Shown: one piece after another, positions 1 through 25,501 of the stretch
How positions within the stretch are numbered: the stretch's first letter is position 1
Layout of the letters: each line of letters starts with the position of its first letter
NCBI GenBank assembly: GCA_002269645.1
Contig: NIVC01000882.1
Location: 124,001-188,000, forward strand
DNA: 64,000 bases
Direction of reading: 5' to 3'
Source of the DNA: Macrostomum lignano
Lineage: Eukaryota
Program-made: the position numbers and the translations under genes
The notes under the pieces: model-generated
Told to the model about the DNA's origin: nothing
Databases searched by the model: none
Seen by the model: the letters and a program-made list of their open reading frames with translations, nothing else

Positions 1-344
1 GTTAAAAAGAGAAATTGCTAAGCGCGAAAATATATATTTTTTAAAAATAAAGACGGTGGCAAAAGGAAGCGGAAGGCAGCTTTAGGAGTAGCACAATTCA
101 TATCTATTGATAAGTCTATCCTATTAGCAAACATAAAGGACCAGCGCGCTAAAAGCAAATATATTGCGGCACAGAGCGAGGAGGGGGCGTGAAAACGCCG
201 CAAAAATTGAGTTTTGAGTCGAACACAACAGGATAACTACAGAATCGGATACAATCCATCTCGATTCGCGCGGTATCCCAACGTTTTTTAAGGGCCACGG
301 AACGTGATATTGGGGAAATTCGGAATTCTATAATATTCGGTGTC

Positions 345-930
345 CTGTGGGATGCGGAATTCTATGGGATTTGGGATTCTGCAGGATTTGGGATTCTATG
401 GGATTTGGGATCCTGTGGGATTCGAGATTCAATGGGATTTGGGATCCTTTAGGATTTGGAATTCTATGAGATTTGGGATTCTGTAGAATTCGGGATTCTA
501 TGGGATTTGGGATTCGATGGGATTTGGGATTCTATGTGATTTGGGATCCTTTGGGATACGGGATTCATTGGGATTTGGGATAATGCAGGATTCGAGATTC
601 AATGGAATTTGGGATCCTTTAGGATTTGGAATTCTATGGGATTTGGGATTCGATGGGATTTGGGATTCTATGTGATTTGGGATCCTTTGGGATACGGGAT
701 TCATTGGGATTTGGGATCATGCAGGATTCGGGATTCTATGGGATTTGGGATCCTGTGGGATTCGGGATTCGATGGGATTTGGGATCCTGTAGGACTGGGG
801 ATTCTATGTGATTTGGGATCCTGTGGGATTCGGGATTCATTGGGATTTGGGATCCTGCAGGATTTGGGATTCTATGGGATTTGGGATCCTGTGGGATTTG
901 GGATTCTATTGAATTATGGATATCGCAGGA
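345..930. repeat. G-rich minisatellite, 17-18-bp units (GGGATTTGGGATTCTAT and variants)
   Basis: Direct inspection; it generates the spurious ORFs at 498-1135. Confidence 0.92.
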
Positions 931-1597
931 TTCCAGATGCAACAGGATACTTAAGGATTGTGTTAAAAATTGGGATCTTATAAAATTTCAAATCACTGGA
1001 TCACACGCAGCTCCAGATAGAGTCCAAAATTCAAACGACGACAAGGAAAGGCAAGCTGAATTTTATGAAACTGTTCGCAACCGAAAGCAAGCGACTGTTT
1101 TCTGTTGTACAATACGCGTCCGCAATGTACAGTAAGGGGCGCAGTGAAGGCACAGCCATATATGGAGAGAGCAAGTCTACTGCTACACATACTGTACGCT
1201 ATTAAATATACTTGTGCAATAATATATCAATAGATCAACAGAAACTAAAGACGCAAGTTACGAGCGTAAATAATATTTATGGATACAGTAAATATTCGTA
1301 TTTATATAGGCGAAGTAAGCACAAGCGAGATGAGTAGTATAGTATGAAGTAGTAGTAGTAGCACTAGACCAGTGACGATGAATTGAAACGAAAAAATGAT
1401 TTGCTCGAACACAGAAGTAAGTCAGAACAGAGCTGCTATGACACCCAGCAGCAGTTACAGATGGACTTCGAAATTGACAAAATTATTTACAGAGAAACTG
1501 TACTCATTTATCTACTCGATCAGGTAGCTTACGGCTTTCGCGTAGGTGCACAGGCTTAGGATCGGGATTCAGGAAGTAGACATCGGCATCTCTGAAA

Positions 1598-2295
1598 TTA
1601 AGCGTGGAATTTTGGGACTAAATATCGGGATCTCGGGAATTAAGCGTGGGGATTTTGGGACTAAACATTGAGATCTCGGGGATTAAGCGTGGGGATTTTG
1701 GGACTAAACATCGGTATCTCGGAAATTAAGCGTGGGGATTTTGGGACTAAACATCGGTATCTCGGAAATTAAGCGTGGGGATTTTGGGACTAAACATTGA
1801 GATCTCGGGGATTAAGCGTGGGGATTTTGGGACTAAACATCGGTATCTCGGAAATTAAGCGTGGGGATTTTGGGACTAAACATTGAGATCTCGGGGATTA
1901 AGCGTGGGGATTTCGGGACTAAACATCGGTATCTCAGAAATTAAGCGTGGGGATTTCGGGACTAAACATCGGTATCTCAGAAATTAAGCGTGGGGATTTC
2001 GGGACTAAACATCGGTATCTCGGAAATTAAGCGTGGGGATTTTGGGACTAAACATTGAGATCTCGGGGATTAAGCGTGGGGATTTCGGGACTAAACATTG
2101 GGATCTCGGGGATTAAACACGGGGATTTTGGGACTAAACATCGGTATCTCGGAAATTAAGCGTGGGGATTTCGGGACTAAACATTGGGATCTCGGGGATT
2201 AAACACGGGGATTTTGGGACTAAACATCGGTATCACGGGGATTAAGCGTGGGAATTTTTGGACAAAACATCCGGAGAATTTGGGACTTAACATTG
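1598..2295. repeat. 43-bp minisatellite with two unit variants
   Basis: GGGACTAAACAT(CGGTATCTCGGAA/TGAGATCTCGGGG)ATTAAGCGTGGGGATTTT, ~16 copies. Confidence 0.93.
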
Positions 2296-2405
2296 GGATC
2301 TCGAGATCGGGATATAATCTTACCGGCACCAATTGAAAAAAGCCAACCAACCGAGCGAACAGGTACTCAACTCTTACAGGCAAAAGACAGGCAGTGAATA
2401 AAAAA

Positions 2406-15424
<13,019 letters not shown>

Positions 15425-16242
15425 CTGCTGGGTGGTGTTTGACTTGGATGGCAATTAAGTCAGGTTAGTTCATGGATGAGGTGAAAAGCTGCAGTGAACT
15501 GTGTCTTTATGAATAACTAATTCATAAGGTGATCAAAATGCGAACTAGTTTAACTTACTGTAGGGAAGCCTTCCTGCACAGTTGTCAACATTTTTGTACC
15601 AGATGACATTGCAATAGAATTTGCTTTAGAATATAATGTCCACCCAATTTTTTAATGGTGGACTGGTGGGCTACCCAGGAAGCAACATCAGCAAATGTTA
15701 AATAAACTTTTGTACTTGAATACCAGTTGAATAATATCAACCAGTTTGCCTATGCTTAAGATCTATATTTTATGACTAAGCCTCATTGTCATTCTTTCAA
15801 GCTCATAGTATATAGCTAAAGGGTATAGAAATATCGTTATATATTCATACTATATTCTGAAAATGACTATTCATTAAAACCTGTTAACTTCTAGTTTTAG
15901 CTTTTTAAACTATTTTTACTAGTTAAATAACCACAAATAAAGAATATTGCATTCAAAACCTTTGAAAAAAAATTGACAAAACATATTAGAAACCTAAAAA
16001 TGCTATAGCTAGTTGCAAACAGCAAGGGTTTTCTGATATATTTTAAATTTTTTATATTTTTACCTAGCCATGCATCTAGCTAAGAAAAACAAAGTGCTGA
16101 TTTGGCATGTAGGGTCCAAATTTAGGATAGATGTATTAAAATAAAAGTTGATATGCTAAACGTATAAAAATAGTAAATAAAAATATAAAAAACTAGAGCA
16201 TATATAATTCTAACAATATTTAATTTATAGTATCTATAGCCA

Positions 16243-16852
16243 TTAGACTAGCATCAATAGGTCAAGGGTGCAACTTAGACTAGCATCAATAGGTCAAGGT
16301 CAAGCTTAGGCTAGCATCAATAGGTCAAGGGTCAATCTTAGACTAGCATCAACAGGTCAAGGGTCAATCTTAGACTAGCAGCAATATCAATAGGTCAAGG
16401 GTCAATCTTAGACTAGCATCAACAGGTCAAGGGTCAATCTTAGACTAGCATCAATAGGTCAAGAGTCAATCTTAGACTAGCATCAACATCAATAGGTCAA
16501 GGGTCAATCTTAGACTAGCATCAACAGGTCAAGGGTCAATCTTAGACTAGCAGCAACATCAATAGGTCAAGGGTCAATCTTAGACTAGCATCAACAGGTC
16601 AAGGGTCAATCTTAGACTAGCATCAATAGGTCAAGGGTCAATCTTAGACTAGCATCAACATCAATAGGTCAAGGGTCAATCTTAGACTAGCATCAATAGG
16701 TCAAGGATCAAGCTTAGACTAGCATCAATAGGTCAAGGGTGCAACTAAGACTAGCATCAATAGGTCAAAGATGCAGCTTAGACTAGTATCAATAGGTCAA
16801 AGGTGCAACTAAGACTAGTATCAATAGGTCAAGGGTCTAGCTTAGGCTTAGA
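16243..16852. repeat. 32-bp minisatellite with 7-bp insertion variants
   Basis: TTAGACTAGCATCAATAGGTCAAGGGTCAATC. Confidence 0.92.
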
Positions 16853-17430
16853 CTTAATAAGTTTAGACTATCCACTCCTGCCTATATTATAATTTATTAA
16901 AAAACATTTATTAGATTTACATTAATCAAAAGTTAAAACTCTTGGCTATAAGCATATAAAATACTTCAACTGATTGTATTTTTATGTAACTTATGCCAGA
17001 GACCAATTATATGCTTAATTAGATTAATATAAATATGTTTTTTAAAATTATTTAAAATAATTTTAGGGCTTATATAAAATCAATTTGATTTTTATATATT
17101 TTTAAAGAATTAGAGCAATACAATGCTAAAATATTTTTAAAAAGTATATAACAATAACAAGTTCATATTAAAATTATAATGGGTCACCCCACCCATAGAG
17201 GGATAAAAGGGTAATTATCCTTTAAGGGCTAGGATAGTTACCTGGGTACAATCAGCCCTTTCTGCTTCTAGCCTATATTTGCAGGGGCCCTCTTGATTCT
17301 TTTACAAAATTGATAATTGTATAACTCATTTTGAATGCATTCCAAATCTAGGAAAACATATTTGTTATAATACACATATTTTTCATAATATTTTATGTGA
17401 ACTAATTTTTGATTAAACTAGCAGTAAATG

Positions 17431-18270
17431 CAGTGTTGGGCAAGTTACTCAAAAAAAGTAACTTGCGTTACTGTAACTTAAGTTACCAATTTTTAAAAAG
17501 TAACTTACGTTAGCCTAGCAACTTTAGACAAAAACCTTGTAACTTTTAAGTTACTGTCCGTTACTAACTTCCATTACCCATGTTATTAGCAAAATTTTCT
17601 GCTTTTTTCACATTGCACATTTTTTCACATTGTTGTTACCAAAATTTGCCATTGGGCATTGGGATTAACCGATTAACAGACAGAGACAGGAATTGGCGAC
17701 ACGATGTGAGGCAAGTAGAAGGACCAATGGGCAATGGCAATCAATAATTAAAATTATAAATGATAAAATAAACAAATATCAATAATTCAATAGAGTAAAA
17801 TAAATAGAACTGTATAAAATGGTCTAGTGTACTGCAGTGCCAGTGGAGGGACTTGTAGAGGCTACAGATGAATTTCTGTCTTTGGTTGTTTGTTTGAATC
17901 AAACTTGAAAATTTTTAGTAATGAAAATGAAAGGCGAAAATATTTTACCAAAATTAACAAAGTAAGACATATTTCAAGTATTTCTTCATTAATTAAGCAC
18001 ATTACCATATGATACTATTCACTTAATTTTGAATTTAGGAATGAAAAATGCAAAAACATGTGACAACTGGAGTACTAGCTAAGCATTTCAGTTTTAAATT
18101 TAAATATTGCAATTGTTGCAAAGTAACTATAACGGACTTCCGAAATTTGAGTAACTTACCGTTATTCCGTTACTAAAATAAAAAAGTAACTTGGCGTAAG
18201 GAACGCTTTACGAAAAAGTAACTTGCGTTACCATTTGCAAGTTACTTGGTAACGGAAGTGCCCAACACTG
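17431..18270. mobile_element. Non-autonomous hAT DNA transposon (840 bp)
   Basis: TIRs CAGTGTTGGGCA / TGCCCAACACTG; perfect 8-bp TSD AGTAAATG at 17423-17430 and 18271-18278; many subterminal GTAAC/GTTAC motifs at both ends; no ORF. Confidence 0.9.
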
Positions 18271-19295
18271 AGTAAATGTTAGTATAAATAGAAGCATTTT
18301 TGGCGGAGAAGAGACCAACCTCGCACATTGCAGTTCCTTAAGAAAGAAAGCTAGTATCAAATAATAAGAGTTCCAAGTAAATATTATTGAAGATTGTTTT
18401 CTGAGTTATTTATTTGCAGAAGTGAAGTGGTAGAGAATACATACAGTAAAATTGATGAAAATTTGCATCAATTTTGAGTGATTGTGCCACAACTTTTTCC
18501 TATCTTGGCAGTGCATTTTCTCTCTAGTGGGGGATGGGGGCATTCTAAGTGGCTACGTATATACACTTGGACCCTTGCTTCTGGCAGACAATGAAATTCA
18601 ATGCATAAACTTGCGAGCCTCTCACTGTAGCAGACACTAAATGTACACTAAAAAATCAATGCTTTAAACTGGGAAATTTCAAACAAAAACTGCTACTTGA
18701 GTTTTGAACTTTGAGAGAAGAGACTTATATTGCTAGAAAGTTCTTTCAATGTTGATATAAGTTGTTTGCTTTAAGTATGAAAACTAAAAGCACAGCATTC
18801 AGAAAACAATTTCCATACTTTTAACTTTCTGCAAAGATTGTACTCATTTTTGCGAGACGCAATACATAAATTTGGGGGCTTCAACTTCTAACTGCCATTG
18901 TGTATTGGAGGGTTGATTTAGATTGCATAATCATTTTGTTAACTTTAACTAAGACTGATACTGACTGACTGAAAAATCGATTTCACAATTAATTGGTTCA
19001 ATTGGTTAATTTTTTTATTATTGGCACCTTTCAAAGAGGCAGCACTATGCAGCTCTAACCCTAATCCTAACTAATGAATCCTTTTCTTTGCAGATATTTA
19101 AGCCAAACAATAATGGAATTCCAGTGATAGGATTTCTTCCCCTTTCTTGTCTAACAGAAGAGTTGGCCTCATATTTTTATAAAAGTAGACCTAAATAAGA
19201 CCTAGGCCTAATTAATATATAGCATAGGCCTTAATGTTTTTTAATAATAAATTAAGACAAAATAAGCTAGGCCTAGCATAGCCTTGTATAGCTTA

Positions 19296-19592
19296 TTATG
19301 GTGACATTGATTCTATTGTCATATAGGCTATTGATTTTAGAGCTATATTGATCCTATTGTCATATAGGCTATTGATTTTAGAGCTGTATTAATTCTATTA
19401 TCATATTGGCTATTGATTTTAGAGCTATATTGATTCTATTATCATATTGGCTATTGATTTTAGAGCTATATTGATTCTATTGTCATATAGGCTATTGATT
19501 TTAGAGCTATATTGATTTTATTGTCATATTGGCTATTGATTTTAGAGCTATATTGATTCTATTGTCATATAGGCTATTGATTTTAGAGCTAT
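19296..19592. repeat. 41-bp AT-rich minisatellite, ~7 copies
   Basis: GCTATTGATTTTAGAGCTATATTGATTCTATTGTCATATAG. Confidence 0.9.
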
Positions 19593-22500
19593 AAGGATAT
19601 TTGTACATTGCCTTTTTATTTAATCTCATATCATGCTTATGTCTATACTTAGCATATATTACTTATATATGCATGCTACTTATCAATACAAATTGATATA
19701 CATCATTGCTATATTACGAATACTAGTATATCCTAATTGAGAAGGGGGTAGGCCTAATCTTTTTTTTACTTATTGAAAAATCTTAGTCTAGATCTTAATC
19801 ATTTTAAAAATATTGCAAGGTCCAAATCATGGACTTTTTATAACTGCCTCCCATAGGAACCTTTAGTAGTAAAGGCAATCATTCTATTATAATTAATATT
19901 AGCAAGCATTAACAAAAGTGATCAATAAATCTATATTACTTGGCAATTTTAGACATTACAAATCAAGCATAAAAGAGAGAGATTTATTTTATACTATTGC
20001 CATTAGCAAAGTTATAAAAACTATATAATATAGGCCTTAGTAAGCCTAAGATTAATGTTCTTACAATGGCTTTTGAGTGATAGCAAACCCAAGCTTAAAA
20101 TGAGCTAGTTAATTAGCATAATTCAAAGACAAAGAGAAACAATGTGGCATTTATTTGCTTGCCCATCATTTTTAGACCTATTAGAGCCACTAAGAAGAAA
20201 GCATAGGCCCTATTCCCTATGCATTATATTATCATTAATACCTTTTAAAGTTATATTGATTAGGCCCTAGGGCCTAGACAAAAAAAGCTATTAAAAATTT
20301 TGGCTAGGCCTATCTTATAGAATTGTTTGTTAAATTCACTATACATATTTTTTTAGCTATTGATATGAAAATTTCCAAAAATGAGTGTTTTTTAGACATA
20401 TTGTTGCACTAGGCCCTAAAATATTTTTAGATCATAGTAGGCCTATTCTTATAAGTTATAGGGCCTACCATGCTATCACATATTACTATGTTTATTTGAT
20501 AGATTTTTAGCACTCTATGAAGCTCATGGTGTCTATTACAAAACAGGAAGCACTTAAATCATTATGGCCATAACATAGATTTTTTCAAACAAAATTAAGT
20601 ACCTAGGCGCACTTGTACTAACATAGTTGTAAACATTCTCTTTGAAACAGCAACTAGGCTATTGTAATTGTATAAGTAAACAATTTTGGGCCTAAAAAGT
20701 CACTTGGCAATACAAATTATCATGTCTCAAAAAAGACCATAAAAATGAAGTATATGATAGCCAAAAAATAAAAAACTTCAAAAACAAAAAAACTTATGCC
20801 AAACTAGTATAGGACATAAATTGAGTCCGAAAGTTTGTTTCCATACATGTTTACTTGAAAAAAATACTTGTACCAGTTGAAATACAAAAAAAATTTTGTC
20901 AAATTTGTCCAAGTTATGTTGAATGAGCCACTAGGCCTATTATTTGCATTAAAATTTTCTGCATTAGCAAATAAAGTACATTAGATTTTCTACACCATGT
21001 TATAGAAGGAGCTAAAATTTAAATTTAAATTCTAAACTATACTAGTAGATTATGTAAATGTAATATGTAGATGGCCTAGTATCTACAAAAAGGGCTAATG
21101 TCAGTAATGAGTCTAATAGCCTAATAGGTCCAAGCCTAACAATTTGAATATATAAAATAATATAAAAAAGAAAAGAAAGAAATACATATATAGGACTATC
21201 CTATCTAACTAGGCCTAACTATATTATTTAATTTAGTATAATAGGGCCTAGTCATATGGAAACAATTTTGAGCGGATTTTTTTACTTTTGCTCAAATCAA
21301 GCTTCAAATATACAAGAAACACATAGGGCCTTTTCATATTGCTTGTTCTGGTTCCAGAACCAGAACCAATTTGTGAAGTATAACTTTTTGTCTCCATAAC
21401 TAGAGGGAGATACGTACTATAAAGTTTTTATTATTGAATGACAATCACCAAGAAGAAAGTGAAAAATTGTGCTAAGTGAGGTTGTTAAGGCAGTCAAACA
21501 TTCAACAGAATTAAATAGTTATACTGCTGTTTTTCTAGGAAGATCCGAACCGATTCTGATTCTGGAATTGGTAATATGAAAAGCTTCAACAAAGAGGGCC
21601 TATAAAGTGGGTTTCCGGAAATATTAATTCAGACACGAAAACGGAAAAGAAGTCAGAATATAGTCAGTAAATCTTGAAAAATAAAATTCCAACTTTACAA
21701 GCGATTGGATTAAATGTATGCCCAAATATCTGTCTGGAAACCCACGCATTACTTACATAGTCCTATTAGTAAAAAAGTATATAAATGTTGTAAGTATACT
21801 GACCAGCCGAGCCAAGCCAAGCGATTGTAGACAGGATGACGACTGGTGCCCTGTTTTTTTTATATTTTTTACTATTATTCACTATAAATGCAAAAAACCG
21901 ACTTAATTTTAAATAGCTACGTCTTTTATTGCAACTTTTTTCTTAAAATTAAACTTGTTGTTTTATTCACTTCAATTTTTTAAAGATTTAACAATTGTAT
22001 TTTTCTTGGAACTTGCTTTCATAAAAAATAGTACGCAATATAGGCCCCTATAAAAATCAGGTTTCAGAGTCTGCAATTTTATTTAACGCAAAGTAAAGTA
22101 AGTATTCTATTGCCTTATAATTTTTAAGTGAGCAGGTATTCTAATGTAAAATATATTTAATATTTCTATTCGGCATTTTAACTATACTTTGATACCGAAT
22201 ATAGTTGTTAGGCCTACTTATGACTAGATGTCTTATGTCAAGTGTTGTTACTTATTTTTTATTAACACAATTAAATATATACATGTTTGCTGAGTATAGA
22301 AATAGTCATTGTTTCTAGAAATTTCACCATATTGCATAAAAAAGATGCCCTTATAAAATGAGTTGGGCCCACCAAATTTGTCAATCTCAAATTTGTCAAC
22401 TGGTAGAAAATGTAAGCAATTGATGCCCCACTCCCAAATCTTACATGTAGCCAGAAAATTCTGGTGAGTGGTGTGCAACAGACCTTAAAAATGGTTGGCA

Positions 22501-22633
22501 TAAAGTATCCTTCTTCATAGTAGAATTCTAATAGAGTAGCTTGCTTAATAAATAGGTATAAAATGAATGCCAGAACAAACATTAACTTGTTTTTATTTAC
22601 TTTAATTTAATTGCCAATGCATTTCAACCCATG

Positions 22634-23199
22634 CCAGTGTGCGGATCATGTACCCGTGTACGCCGGAAAAAATTCGGGCGTCAAGGACTTTGTACGCCAA
22701 AAACAAAAAGTTGCACTAAAATGTACACCAAAAATTCCTAAAAAAAGGGTCATTCGGTTTTCACGAGTAGAGTTTTCTAGGAAAGGCTTTCGTATGAAAA
22801 GTGTCTTTAAAATATTACGAATATTGTCAGTTTAAACAAACTTAAATAACACCTACAAAAAATATCATGCAAAGTTAATACTTTCAGCAAAATTTTACAC
22901 TAATTTTATTTTTTTAACTTAAAATAAGCAAAAAGTTTATCACTGACGATATAAATTTTCCTTTACTTTACGTAAAAACATTAATTTACATTACAATTTT
23001 CATGCACGGCATGAATTGATTCACCAAAATTTGTACGCCAAAAAAGTATGCGTGGCTGTGTTACTTGTGTACGCCAATAGTGTACGCCAACAAAGTGCGC
23101 CAGGGGTTGTGTACGCCGATTGTGTACGCCAAGGACTGAGGGTGGCCGTTTTGTACGCCGGAAAAGTTCCGGCGTACATGCATACCATCCGCAACCTGG
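22634..23199. mobile_element. Non-autonomous hAT-type DNA transposon (566 bp)
   Basis: Imperfect TIRs CCAGTGTGCGGAT / ATCCGCAACCTGG; perfect 8-bp TSD AACCCATG at 22626-22633 and 23200-23207; repeated subterminal TGTACGCC motifs. Confidence 0.85.
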
Positions 23200-25501
23200 A
23201 ACCCATGTAGGTCACCGCCAGGGCAGTAATGAGATTGAAAATTTTAATAAACAGTTGAATAAATATACCTGTAATAATTTAAATATACAATGACAATATC
23301 AATTAATATATATAGTTTTCAATTCAAACAAGTTCTAACACATAGTGCAGTAGTGTATACTCTAAGCTTAAACACGCTGAGTTGGTGGTTGGCACCCCCC
23401 ATAGCTAGCTGGTAGTTTGGGCTTAGGTTTTGATCTTTGATGTACATAGCCTCTAAGATGTTCAAAGTGTGCTCATGGCGGCAACAATCAATAATCTTAA
23501 ATAAGATTATTCTTTAGAAGGAAAATTACATTAAAAAAGAGAAAAATGCCCATAGCCTATTAGTAGGCTAATAAGTTCAGAATCAATATTTTCTGACTTT
23601 GGAATTCATACTAGTAGCATTTTTGTAACTATATGATTTTGCCATACTTGTAGGCCTAGTAATAATAATATAGGCATGGTTTTTGCTATATTTAGGATCA
23701 TAAATCATTGTTTATGAGCTTGTCTGAGCCATCTGCACAATTTAAATTAACATCTATATCCGCTTTTATAATTTAGGAAAATATTCCATATTCCATATTT
23801 TTGCAAACATTCCATACCTGCTTTCACATCTGCATCCACTTCCACATCTGTATCTGCTTCCAAATTTTAGTAGATGCCCAGAGCAAGCATATGGCGTAGC
23901 TATAGGCATACAAAAGACTAAAATGTTATAATCCAAAAAGGGTCTTACATTATTGCAACACAATTTAATGGTATTAAAGGTCATTTTTCTGGCATACTAT
24001 ATAATAGATTTAAGAATGTAGAATTGATAAAAGTCAAATTTATCAAGTAATAATAGTTCAAACAAGCTGAGCAAATTTGTCAACAATAAAATAGACTTAA
24101 AGTTGTTCCTGGCTTAGTTCAATAACATATCTTTTAATTTAATTAGTCAATTAAAAGTAAAATTAGGCGACGATGAAGTTTGTTTTATCTAATCTTTATC
24201 TTATGCTTTTCAAATATACTTTTTAAAAAATTTATCATTATTAAATATGCATGTTTATCTAATTTCTTTTGATTAAATATATATTTCTATCAAATATCAT
24301 ATGGGCTTTAGTATAAAATCACTAAATAGGTAAACTAATTGGTCATTTGGCCAAAGAGTGTTATGTTCATTGATTATGTGTGGCAAGAACTATTGAATTA
24401 AAAATGAGCTAAGATAGGCTTAGTAGGCATTTGACTTGTCATTGTGTCATTTGCATAGTTCTTTACAATGGCTTTAAAAATAATTTAAAAATGCAAAGCA
24501 AAATTTTGGGAAAAATGAAACTTTTACAAGCATTTAGGAAAGCCTTGCATATAATTTGCTTTAATTCATCTATGTAAAAAGACTTTATACCAAATTTATC
24601 TAGATTGTTGCTAAATTTGCTTTTGTTGAATTTCTCTACATTATATTTTTGTTGCCAAATTTTTATCTCTGTTGTAAAAATTGAATAAGGCTAAGGACCA
24701 TTAATTAAATTAGTAAATAAGAAATAAGAATTAAAGTGTTCACTAGGACACCTGCTATATAAAGTATATATTTATTTGACTCAATGTCCCACACTCTACA
24801 ATGCAATAACCACCCTACAATTCACACTGAGGGGGAATGCCAAGTATACACCTGATGCCTTACAAACCAGAAGGTATAAGTATATACAACTAACCATGGA
24901 AATTGCTAAAGTTGCTAAATAATGAAAGCAGAATAAAAAAAAGAATAGCTAAGACCCCAATTGTTGATTTAATTGATTGAATCTTTCATAGATATTGTCT
25001 TCTAGGTATATAAAACTAAAATCTTGGTACTCTAACCCATTATTTGTAATATGATTATTCTTTACTTGTGTTTTGTTTCGTGTTCTATATAACAAACAAC
25101 TTTGGTTAAGGCATTATATTAAAACAAGTTATTAGAGGAGAATTATTTAATTGATTTGTCTACAAAAAGATAATTCAAAGTTTAAATGCTAAACTAAACT
25201 GGTCATATATAAAAATGCAATGCATGTTTTCACAATCTTCTCAACTAACTAGAAAGAAATCTATCCTTTGAACTTTTAAAAATATGTTTTTTATGTCCAA
25301 CTAATTAACAATTGGTAGCCTACTATACTTAAACTCAGCCTTTTGACATTAACAAACCATAAGGTGTAGTCAATTTATTGTCTAAAACATTATGAACAAT
25401 AATAGTGGCATTATCTAAATTTTAATTCTTGTCTTTTATGCTCATGGATAATATTTGTGTCTGAAATGTTAATTAAAATGTGGCCTTTCCTGATTTCAGT
25501 C

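Noticed and set aside
21608-21746. Short inverted repeat GTGGGTTTCC...GGAAACCCAC
   Set aside because: Only ~10-13 bp match and there is no TSD; insufficient to call a MITE.
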